NCBI GenBank assembly: GCA_951406725.2
Contig: OX597815.1
Span: 144,770,001 to 144,834,000 of the forward strand
Reading direction: 5' to 3'
Source of the DNA: Octopus vulgaris
Lineage: Eukaryota
DNA length: 64,000 nucleotides
The position numbers and the translations under genes are program-made. The notes below the pieces were generated by a model. It did no database searches, was not told where the DNA came from, and saw only the letters and a list, made by a program, of their open reading frames with translations. Below are positions 25,555 to 36,976 of the stretch, in pieces. Numbering within the stretch: the first letter of the stretch is position 1; every line of letters starts with the position of its first letter.

Positions 25555-25645
25555 CTTTTTTCTTGGAAGAGACATTCTTTGCATTTGGTTTAGATTTCCT
25601 AACTTGAAATTCTAATTTTCTTTGAACAAGTGTTGTAGGCCTCAT
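25555..25645 (-). CDS. CDC6: CDC6 coding exon 1 (MRPTTLVQRKLEFQVRKSKPNAKNVSSKKK)
   Basis: ATG at 25645, AG acceptor at 25652-25651, GT donor at 25554-25553. 91 nt, phase 1, in frame with the next exon. The Q..L.F..RK pattern resembles the metazoan Cdc6 N-terminus. Confidence 0.75.
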
Positions 25646-25872
25646 TTTTCCTTTAATAAAATAAAACAGAAACTCTGTCTCAATGGTGACATTTGTTTAC
25701 AAATACAAGCTTCAAATATAATGGAGGATGGTTTATGTAAAATCAATGACAAATACGTTAACTATATATATATATACATACATACATACACAACACCTTC
25801 CACGCTGCAATTGCTTTTGTACCAGCACACGATCTCAGATCAGGTCACTTGCTATGCAAGTACATCTCCGTA

Positions 25873-25927
<55 letters not shown>

Positions 25928-26150
25928 AGCATTTTTACAGATGAAGGTAAATTATATACCAAATTACGCATATGTATAGACACAGACATGGTTATGTGAT
26001 AAGTAGTTTGCTTCCTCACCACATAGTTCTGGGTTCAGTCCCACAGCATGGCACTGAGAGCAATTATTTTCTACAGGGACAACCAAAACCTCAAGTTAAC
26101 AATGCATAGATAAGACTGAAATCAATTCTAGGTTCCAAAAATTTTATCAC

Positions 26151-26647
26151 TATAACTGTAACCTACATCGGAATTTGTAATGAATTTTCTTGGTTTGGTG
26201 GGAGGTGCGATAAATTACACACATCGACTTTTTCTTCATAACTCTGAAAAGTGCAAATTTTTGGATGGACTTTTCTAAAAATACGTTTCATGTGATGTAG
26301 AGTATTATAATAATCTGATATGAAAAATAAACCGTTTTCTCATACGTTTTGATGAGGTGTATGAATTATTCGCTTACACTCGCCAAAACAATTATTTCAT
26401 ATCAAATTTAGACAAGATCGTAATCCACATAGTCCGAGGCGCTTTTGTGGAAAATTTCATGTAAAAATATGCCTTTTTCAATGGGTTAAAAGGAAACAAA
26501 AATCGGAAAGGGGGTACACTACAGTCGAGGTGTTCCAATTATCCCAAACCTCCTCAAGAAAAAACATTTTCCCTCAAATTGCGACACGAACGTAATCTAC
26601 ATCATCTGAGCTGTAATATTAGAAAATTTGTCACAACTACAGTTATA
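26151..26647. mobile_element. Old DNA-transposon remnant with imperfect terminal inverted repeats
   Basis: TATAACTGTA...TACAGTTATA termini plus further subterminal inverted matches. Confidence 0.45.
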
Positions 26648-28467
26648 ACAACTAAATTTCTTTAAGACAAACTTTATCGTCTTAGAAAACAACACCTTGG
26701 TTAATGTGGTTTTAGGTGTCCTGTATCCAGGATAAAGACGGGCTGGTCACGGCTAAAATGCCCTTGACCAGAGGTCTGTTCAATCATGTCTGCCTTGAGA
26801 CAAACAACAACCTGTTAGAAAGGCGCTCATAGATATAGCTACCTAATTTACCACAAATTACACCCTTTCGAATTTATATTCTGCAAAATGTGGTCGTTCA
26901 TAGTCACGTATTTGACCATAACTAACATGATAGTGAAGTAAAAAAAATTTTTTTAATTAACTTTTTAAAAGAATTTCGATTGATGAAGATTAACAAACTA
27001 TTTTAGAATGAATGAAAATGTTAATGGCGAGTTGTACTCATTGGATAATTGTATTTTATTTTTCATTTATATTTATCAATAAATCGGTGGAAGACATAAT
27101 TAAGTCATTTATATAACATTTACTGATCCTCCTTCAATTTTATTTTACAAGAAATATATACACGTACGAACATCAACTGACTTCATTGTTTTATAACAGA
27201 AATTTTGGTCAATATAAAGATCTTCACACGTGAACAAAAAAAAAATAGGAACAGTATTTTTTCATAATTTTAATTTTCCTAGCAGTAGCTATCAATTTAT
27301 TTTAATTAACAAATAAAAAGTGAATAATTTATTTAAAAAACAAGATTCTTTCTACAAGGAGGAAAAATAAAATTTTGCGCAGTTGAGTCATTCTTTAAAC
27401 CGAAAACAATATTGGGGGAAATCTTACATCTGTCTAGCTTTGAAGGTGAAATTTGTTTTTTAAATGGTTTTTGATGTTTTAAATAAATCTGACCATCAAA
27501 ATAATTGGAAATCGATCGATCGTTTTTAGGTAAAAAAAAAAAAAAATTCCATCTTCGAAGTAATGTACCCAATATTGGAAGTGATGCTCATACGAGTCCA
27601 TTCTTAATAAATAACAGCGAAACAAACTTCGAAAAGTAAAAATGATCGAGATCAAAATTCAAGTCTTATATATCGAAGAAGAAAAAAAGCAAAACAAAGC
27701 AAATAGATTCTCAAAATTCTGAAACTCGCGTTTTCAAAAGTAGCTTTTAACTTAAACAAAGACCTCTGATATAAAACAGAGGGAAGCTCATAAAAAACAA
27801 ATAGGATTCACTGAGTATCTTCAAAAGTTTTTAACATATGGTGCTTTATTGTTTATGTTTATAAGATATACATTAAAATTGTAATTAGTCTTAGTAATTA
27901 CAAGCTTCATCATTAGCACAAAATAGTAACACAGTACGATTGCAATACTTGAATGTCTACAGAAATTTTAAGATGTTATTCTATATCACCATAATTAAAT
28001 CAATTTAATTAATCTTAGTAGTCACCTATGTAAAATGATATAAAATGAATGAAATGTACTAAGTCGTTTTCATTTGGCCCCTTCCGATTTGTATCGGAGG
28101 TTGTTCACTTTACCAGTAAATTTGTTCGCAAATATTTATATATTTAAGATTTAGATGCATAAGTTTTGAGGTGATTAAATACAGAAACGGTTTGAGACGG
28201 TAAAATGAATGAATTAAATGTCTTAAAATTTATTTGTTTCGATCGTCAAATAAATGTTTTGAGATGATAAATGGACGAAATAGGATTTTGCGGTACTAAA
28301 ACGAAGTGATTTGGAATGTTAAATGAATTAAATATGTTTTGAAGAGTTAAATAAACATTATAAATATATTTTGAAATGGAAAATACACAAAAGAGAAATG
28401 TTTCGAAATGGTAAGTAGATGTAATAAATATATATTTCGAAATAATAAATTGAATAAAAATGCTTAC

Positions 28468-28585
28468 AGAAAAAAACCCGCGAGATTATGATGTTGGCGA
28501 CACACAGCTGACTATGTAGCAACCTCTTAAAGTTGGCGCCAAATTACTTAACATGTAACCAAGAGGAATAAATCTGGCCAATCAA
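28468..28585 (-). promoter_or_regulatory. Putative CDC6 promoter and non-coding first exon
   Basis: Palindromic E2F-type site TTGGCGCCAA at 28533-28542, CCAAT box at 28578-28582, minus-strand GTAAGC donor at 28467, and a local CpG cluster in otherwise AT-rich DNA. Confidence 0.6.
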
Positions 28586-29753
28586 AACTTATCACATGAC
28601 CTCCTCGGAGCCTACAGCAACCTTTTTACAATGCTAGAAGTAACAGCCCCCGCTCCCTTTCCTGTTTGCAATAACTGGGGAAAAAAATGATAATATAGTC
28701 CCCAGTAATCTATGTTTCAAAGAAAGAGATAGGAAGGCCTTTCTTGACCAACGAAAACTTGTTAACTAATGAAACATGACCTCGACGATCCGAACTCCGC
28801 CACTGTTTATATTACTCCGACTGATACAAACAGTACACATGATACAGATTATTCCTCTCATAAATATAGGATAGATATATGACTGCGGCCATGCTGGGGC
28901 ACCACCTTGAACAATTTTAGTTAAATTTATCGACCCCAGTAATTTTATACCGTAGGCCTGGTACTTATTCTGTCTATATCTTTAGCCGAACCGCTATGTT
29001 ACGGGGGATATAAACACACCAATACCAGTTGTCGGGTTTCTTTAAGTTTACGTCTGCCAAATCCACTCAAGGCTTTGGTCGGCCCAAGGCTATAATAGAA
29101 GACACTTGCCCAAGGTACCACGCAGTGAGATTGAACCTTGGGTAGCAAACTTACCACACAGCCACTCCTGTGCCTATACCAGCGGTTCCAACTTTTTCTC
29201 TATCAAGGGCTCCTTTTATTTAAATGAGTTTTCCCAAGGACCCTTTTTAATATGCTTATCCTTATATATATATATATATATATATATGAACATATACGAT
29301 TCAAGGGGTGTGAATTTCGCGCAATTGGCACTTAAATGACGAAAAGAAATTCCGATGGATTTAAATATTACAACAGAGAACTTCTTTTATCGTTAAATAA
29401 TAGAAAAATCGACTGCTGTTTCTAGCAGATCGTGTGACTACATAGATGTTCTCTCTAGTAGGAGGAGATCAAAGAACTACATGAAGGAATACTAAGTTTG
29501 TGTTACTTCTGACATGTTTTCTATTTGTGGGTATCACTGTTTTTCGTCTCTACTTTATTTATCGATTAAACGTTAATAAAAACAAATACATTAACGGAAG
29601 TTGGAGGTGAATGGTCATCATTAGAAATATTTATCCGTTTTTTACTCTGTTTTCTTTCTTAACTGGTTCGGTCATACTTTGAACTTTGATATCTATCCTT
29701 TAACCTTGCTTTACTGTCTAACTCTAAAATCGATTTATTTCATTTTATTAGAA

Positions 29754-30733
29754 TGTGGGGCAAAATCAGTAACCGGGGCAAAATGGGTAACTTCTGATTT
29801 CTCGTTATTTTTTCTTGACCTGTTCAAAATCATTGCATCATCTTTAGCTGTAAGAATTGGTTGGCATAGTTGTTATTGAAGTTGAGAGAGTCCAAAACAG
29901 TCAGGTAGTAGGCCCTTTTTTTCAAGAAATTTTTCCTCAACTAGGACCCAATTGTAATTCAGGGCGCTAATAAAATATCTGGTGTTTTACGATCAATATT
30001 CTTTTCTCTGTTGGATTCCAAGTCAATTTTTTTCCATACTAATTATAATTTTCAAGTTTCACAAAATGATGTCCAAAATGGTGTAAAATAAGAGATGCAG
30101 CACGGAATTTTGTCAGTGAACAGATCGCGGTCTCAAAGCGACGAAAATATTTTGGCAAATTAAATTTAAATGTTGAAGTTTAAATGTGTGTTTCTTAAAT
30201 GGCTTATAAACACCTTCCAAGCTGCAATTGATTTCGTTCCAGCACACGATCTCAGATCAGGTCACTTGCTATGCAAGTACATCTCCGTAAGTAATGTCTA
30301 ATTTCAATAATTTCTTCTCTTTAACTGCATGGTGAGTAAATTTATCGCGAAGAGGACACTCTAACAGATCGTGATGGAGCTACAGAGAATATTTGAGTTT
30401 TTTTTTTTTGTTAGTCAAGTTTCGTCAATTTCATATCATGTGGCATTTTCCCCTGTCATGAATATTTATGAGTCTTTTTAGGAAGCGGCAAATTTACTTG
30501 AGCTTGGCTTACTCATTTTGCCCCAAATGAATTTCTTTTTATGTGTTCAAAGAGAAAGGCAATAATTTTCTGAAATAGTGATCACATTATGTTATAATGC
30601 TTCTAATGCGTTTAGGAAAGGCCATTTGCTTAACTGATATAGTTTTTCTAAGATAGTAAACATTTGTAAAATATATATTTTATTTCAAAAACAAAGATGC
30701 AGCTAATACATCTCATCCGACCCCACACACACC
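29754..30733. mobile_element. Probable pogo-like DNA element with nested repeat (30092-30290)
   Basis: Repeated GGGGCAAAAT(G/C) at the left end and inverted CATTTTGCCCC near 30516. Confidence 0.45.
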
Positions 30734-32499
30734 TATTTTTATATCGGCTGTATTTTAAATGAAATCTGAATTTAGACATGCAAGTTTTTCTTGCATATAA
30801 AATTCGGGATAAAGAATTTTGTCACAAATCAACGCGTGTCATTATTATGAATGCTAAATAAATTCTCTTTGTAAAGATGAATGAATGACTTGCACTGTTT
30901 TATGACTAAAATAATATATTGTTTTAGTTCATCTAAAGTTTTGTTTGCATTGAGAAGTCCGTACAGTTATGTCTGGTTTACAGGAATTTGACACAATAAC
31001 TTGACATAAAGACATGATAACCAAATAACATAAACAATTGGAAGCTTTATTTCTCGTTTCAGTTTAAATGTTAAACCTGATGTGTAATGATACCGGGAGA
31101 GTGCCTGGCTGTTCCAGTGTCTCGACCTCGCCATCACCCGCCAAAATGCTCTGTTTTGAGTTGCCTCGAAAAAGTTTGGAGGGAAACACTATGAAATGCT
31201 TCGTTGAGAGAGTGTGCAGGCCTTTTTTATTTTAACAATTTATTTACGTATGTTTTACCATATAACAGAATTATACCAGTTCTAAAAATGATTAACCGTA
31301 TAAAGGAAGTGATAGAGAAAAATAGGTGGATAGATATATAAAGAAGAAGTAAGACAGATAAGTAGGGGAAGTGAGTTAGAGAGAGAGATGGAACAAAATA
31401 AAAACAGAATTTGCTGGTTAAGGTATTCGTGTTTATTCATTTTATTATTTTGTTATCTTGTAATTTCATTATTTGTTTTTGTAGCATTGCTTTATAAATA
31501 ACTGAACTAAATACTTAATGATCCTGCCAATTAAATAATAAGTTCAGTTATTTATAAAGCAAGGCTATAAATGTATGGACAGTCTGAAGGCGTGTTTTAG
31601 TGGTTAAGGTATTAAGTTGATGATCATAAGGGTGTAAATTTGATTAGTGGATCGGGTGGTGCGTTATGTCCTTGAACAAGGCGCTTCATTTTATGTTTCA
31701 GTGCATTACGCTGCAGTAGATGTGAAAGGGCTGAGAGGATGTCTATGTCTGCTCGCAACTACATGGTCACCAAAAACAATAAGCGAAAGTATGGTACATC
31801 GGCGATGTTTCGGAATATAATGTGTGTAATTAGAGAAGCCCTGCTTTCAGAACAAGACTAAAGAATTCGCTCCGACCGTTTGCCAACCACTTTACCGAGT
31901 TTACAGGGTGCCTTTCATTTAGGCACCACTACTAGTAAGGTTACTCTTTTGATCAACCTTCCCACACAATGCAGAAATTTCCAGCATTCATTATTCCTCT
32001 ATTCATTTCGTTAAAATTTCTTGCATTTTTGAAATCTTCGCGTCTTTATATTTTTTTGTGTTTTGCTATTCCCTGTATGAAACAGCCCTGACAACATTCC
32101 ATAATCTTCGATTCAAACTGTTATTTGCCTCATTCCAAAGTATTCTTAAACACAAAGGCTTGCTCTTATTAGTTTCATCCTTTAACATTCAGATTTCTCT
32201 GTCAAATGTGATGCTTATTTATTCATATTGCTATGAATTAATCATGCATTAGGTTGTACCTTCAAGATTTTAATGATGTGATTGCTTATTTTTAGAATGA
32301 CATTGTAGGGTAGGTGTGAGAGGCTGGATCTGGTCAGTATGAACATAAATCAGGTACAACATTTGAACCAGATACAACTGGTTTAAATGCTAATGGGACA
32401 AAGCTCACTTTTTAATGTCAAATAAATGCATAAAGTAATTGAAGCAGAGTGTGTGATAGGCTAATTAATATGGAACTAATTATAATCAACTCAAAAGTA

Positions 32500-34660
32500 G
32501 CAATTAGCTCTACATGAACTCCATAGACAGGATTGCCAGAAGGACCACTTCTATGAGGCCCTTCTGCAAACTACCTCAATGAAGATTGGCAGTAACTTTA
32601 TTATCATGGCCAGCAACCTCAACAGGCATATTGACCGAGTTGATGATGGTTTCTGTGACATATACAAGATATGATTCAAGAAATGAATGGAGTGTAAGGC
32701 TCATGGTATTCCATTATGCAACTTATCTTAAAATTTGCAACACACACTTGAAGGAATCAGCCAATCATCTACGAATCTGTTGGGCACACAAGCCAAATAG
32801 ATTACATTCTCACCAGGAAATGATATAGAAAGTTTATTGTAAATAACAAAATCTTTCCTGGTGGAGAGTGCACTACCAAACAGATTAGTGGCTTGTGACT
32901 TCAGAGATAGAGCAAGTCAGATGAAAAAAATGGAAGGCAATATAGAGAAGGATGACATGGAGGCTAAAAGGACCGCAGCTGGTCATAGGTTTAGAAAAAT
33001 TCTAATAGATGTGTAAAACTGTTGGGTGAAAGAGTTAGATACCTTCTGTAACACAGGTGACAATTGGGAATTTCAGTTAGAAAATCCACTGATGGCGACA
33101 GATCAAATCTGTGGATGGTAATGTAATGGTAGAATGGCATGTTTGTTAGGGTGGTAAAACTCAGGGACAAGCTTGGAAAACCTGGAAGGAAGGTGGTGGT
33201 AGTATGGAGCATGATCAAATATCTAGAAAGGGATATGTTTAGCTAAATGTAAGGCAGAAAGGAAGAGATTTACACATGTTCTACAACAAGGATATCAGAT
33301 GCATGAAGAAGTGGTCAAGATTGCTAGACAAGGTTTGCGAGAGGACCAAGATGTAATTGCTGAGAAGTGTATTCAAAATGATGAAGAGGTATACTCACCA
33401 ACAATATGGATGAGAGGCTGTTGGATGTGGAGAATGCATGGGATAAAGGGCTACTTCATACTGACTGCACAAAGTGACCAATGATCTGAGTCAACAGCTT
33501 CCTGGTAGATAAAGTGATAAGATACATGAAGAAAAAGTAAGCTGTGGATTCATCATGGATAGTTGCAGAGATGCTCAAACTATCTAGTGAGGTAGGATGT
33601 ATTTTCACTACCCAGAGAGGAAATTGAATTATACAGAAAGGTGTCATACCTAATAACTGGCACTGTACTGTCATCAAACATAAACTGCTACAAAGGTGAA
33701 GAAGATGCCTTACAGAGAATCACTGACTGAGGAATCTCATTACTGGGCCTGGTTACAAAGGTCATTGGATCATGACAGAATAGCTTTTGATGAGATGCAG
33801 TTTGGTTTAGTACCTGGATGAGTGACCATAGATGCAGTCTTCTTAGTGAGGCAACTGCAAGAGAAATATTTGGCTAAGAATAAACCACTCTTCTTGGCTT
33901 TTGCTGGTTTGGCGAAGGTATTTGACGGGCTACCATGTTCAGTAATTTGGTGGTTACCTAGCTCTCAGGTGAATTTACAGGAGAATCAGAGAGGAAATTC
34001 CAAGCATGGAAACTAAACCTAGAATTGTAAGGCCTCAAAGTAATTTTAGCAAAAAAAAGTTTTAGTAAGAAGAAAAGACAGGACCCTGGTGTCCTCAGGG
34101 AAATGGCCTTGTTTGATATGCAGAAAGGGAGTAGGTATAAACACCATACATAGTACTTGGTGTAAGTTATGGACACACGCGAGATGTAATGGAATCACAA
34201 GCAGACTGTTCCTGAATATAAGCTTTGTATGGGATAGATGTATGGAGCAGTACATTCTAAGAACTCATTTGAATGTTTGCGTGGCTCACTGGACGTAGTT
34301 GATAGCTTTTGTTACCTTGGAGATGTCATTGACAAGGGAGGTGGTTGCTCCAAAAGGATAGTAACCAGAATAAGGACAGGTTGGAGAAAGATCAAGGAGT
34401 TACTATTGCTGTTGGTAACAAAATGAAGGGCAGGTTGTATGGTGTTTGAGTTAGAACTGCAGTGCTGCATAGTCATGAGACATGGGCCTTAAATATGGAG
34501 GGCTTGAGAAGACGAGAAATTAAAGCAAGCATGATCCATTTGATGCTTGATGTACATATGCATGAGTGACAGAGTACAAATGTGTTGAGATAAAAACAAT
34601 GTGCATTAGAAAAATCAGATGTAGTGTGCAAGAAACTACAGCTGCATGATATAGATATAT
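32500..34660 (+). mobile_element. Degenerate RTE/BovB-like LINE (APE and RT remnants)
   Basis: Fragments QIDYIL, MQFGLVPG, TIDAVFLVRQLQEKY, WPCLICRKG and FCYLGD, with many stops and frameshifts. Confidence 0.85.
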
Positions 34661-35482
34661 GACTGATGATGGATCTGTTTGGGTTGCGGATGTTACAAAA
34701 AATACATTATATGACTGAATGGTTAAAAAACTCGCTTGACAACCATGAGGTCGCAAGTTCCAACCCGTTTATAGCTAATTTCTTTGCCAGTACTACCTAA
34801 CTGGCCCCCATGCCGGTGGCATGTAAAAGCACCCACTACACTCTCGGAGTGGTTGGCATTAGGAAGGGCATCCAGCTGTAGAAACTCTGCCAGATCAAGA
34901 TTGGAGCCTGGTGCAGCCATCTGGTTCGCCAGTCTTCAGTCAAATTGTCCAACCCATGCTAACATGGGAAGCAGACATTAAACGATGATGATGATGATAA
35001 GGTGAGAATCACAATTCATAACAAATGGACACATTTTTATGTATTCTAATTTTGTTGTAGCAGACCGTATGCATAAGGCTAAGGTCCCAGTGAGCAAGAA
35101 ATTGGATAGAGCCTTTCACCCTTCCAGTAAATGACCCTACTCAATATGTAGGAAGGGTGTAGGCAGAAATTCTACAACTGCATGTCGTAGATGTATTACT
35201 GACATTGGATCTGTTTGGATTGCGGGGAGGATCTAGGATTATTTTTGAATGTTACAAAAAATATATAAGGTGAGAATCACAATTTGTAACAAATGGACAC
35301 ATTTTTATGTATTCTAATTTTGTTGTAGCAAACCGTTTGTATATGAAAGACTCATGCTGTGAAACTGCTGGAAATAAAATAACAACTTTATTATATTTGC
35401 AACAGTACAGTGAGTATTGATTTGCCTATGGAAAATAGTGGCGAACTACACTTGTGTATCATAACTTAATAACATAGTCATT

Positions 35483-35672
35483 AAGGTATCATATTCTAAC
35501 TATATAGGAGTAGGACTTCTTCAGGATTAATTTTGAGCTAATGGAACTTAGGTAATCATTTTTCTTCTGAAGGATGCGTCCTGCAAAAAACGAAAATGAT
35601 TACCTAAGTTCCATGAGCTCTGAATTGACCCTGAAGAAGTCCTACCACTATATAGTTACAATATGATACCTT
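35483..35672. repeat. 190-bp imperfect palindrome (foldback)
   Basis: AAGGTATCATATT...GGAACTTAGGTAATCATTTT pairs with AAAATGATTACCTAAGTTCC...AATATGATACCTT. Confidence 0.85.
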
Positions 35673-35774
35673 TCTTAGCATTTAACCAAATGCTTAGAAA
35701 TTCTTATCAACTAATGTCATGGGACTGAAACATATATGTAGGTTCCTTTATTTTATTGTTCCTTTATTTTATTG

Positions 35775-36217
35775 TGACACGTCTGCCGCATGCAGGACGG
35801 TCGCATGCCTAAAGACATCCTGTACAGCGAACTCACCACGGGATCCTGACCCAAGGGACGTCCACAGCTACGATACAGGGACGTGTGCAAGCGCGACCTG
35901 AGAACTGCCAACATCTGTGTGGACACGTGGGAGGAAACAGCTGCTGACCGCTCTGCCTGGCGTCGGACGGTGAGGAAAGGCGTTTCCATGGCTGAGGAGA
36001 GGAGAGCACAGCTGTGGTTGGACAGGCGGGACAGGAGGAGGACAACTGCAGCAACACCCCAAACGTACCCATCGATGTTCGTGTGCAGCAACTGTACCAA
36101 GGACTGCCACTCTAGAATTGGACTGTTCAGTCACAGCAGACGCTGCACATCATCAAAGTAGGCCCCACCCTTGGCGCAACCCATTGTCTATCAAGACAGA
36201 CGGGGATAAAGAAAGAA
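35775..36217 (+). mobile_element. 5'-truncated GC-rich RTE-clade LINE with 98-bp TSD
   Basis: HVCRMQDGRMPKDILYSEL...GRPQLRYRDVCKRDL...CSNCTKDCHSRIGLFSH, then a (GAAA)n tail. Flanks 35663-35760 and 36218-36315 are identical. Confidence 0.9.
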
Positions 36218-36976
36218 ATGATACCTTTCTTAGCATTTAACCAAATGCTTAGAAATTCTTATCAACTAATGTCATGGGACTGAAACATATATGTAGGTTC
36301 CTTTATTTTATTGTTAGAGTTTTACAACTTGTAATCAATTTATTTGTACTGTTTTGTCTTTTAAAACAAATTTTCATCATTTTATAACATACAAATAAAT
36401 TATTCATACATCCATTATTTCTCCATTCTCTTCTTTTTTTCCCCTCAATATTGATTATATATAACTTCAGTAATCCCTAACATATACCAATGACTTCCAC
36501 ATTTTATGATAGGGATTAACCAGTGGAATACATTGGATTATTTAATCCCTAATGAGGCTATAACTTTCTCAAATTAACTATATATATATATGCTTTTGGT
36601 GTGAATGGTTTTTGTATAAGGTGCCATATCTTACAATCCTGTAAATAATAATAATGGTATTTTTATATAAGCTTAGAGCTTATGGCAATCACTGCAATGA
36701 CTAAGGAAAATAGTCTAATAAAGGAGCATGTAAGCCCTCGACAGAAAAAAGAAGGCTTTCCTATCCGTGTGGGAGTCGAACCCACATCCCTTTGTTAATG
36801 CGACTAAGTGTGTTACCTTTACACCAGCAAGTCAGCCTCCCTTTTCCTGTCAAATTTAAGAATTATAATAGTTCGTGTTTGTTTTTTTATGTGTAAACAA
36901 ACTTTCTATATGCTTTCCGTGCAAATGTTTTTTTTTATACAGCGCCGTTTTATTTATATATATATATATATATAAT

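Noticed and set aside
36762-36836. tRNA gene on the minus strand
   Set aside because: It has A/B-box-like motifs but no convincing acceptor stem or anticodon arm. More likely a SINE head or decayed tRNA copy.
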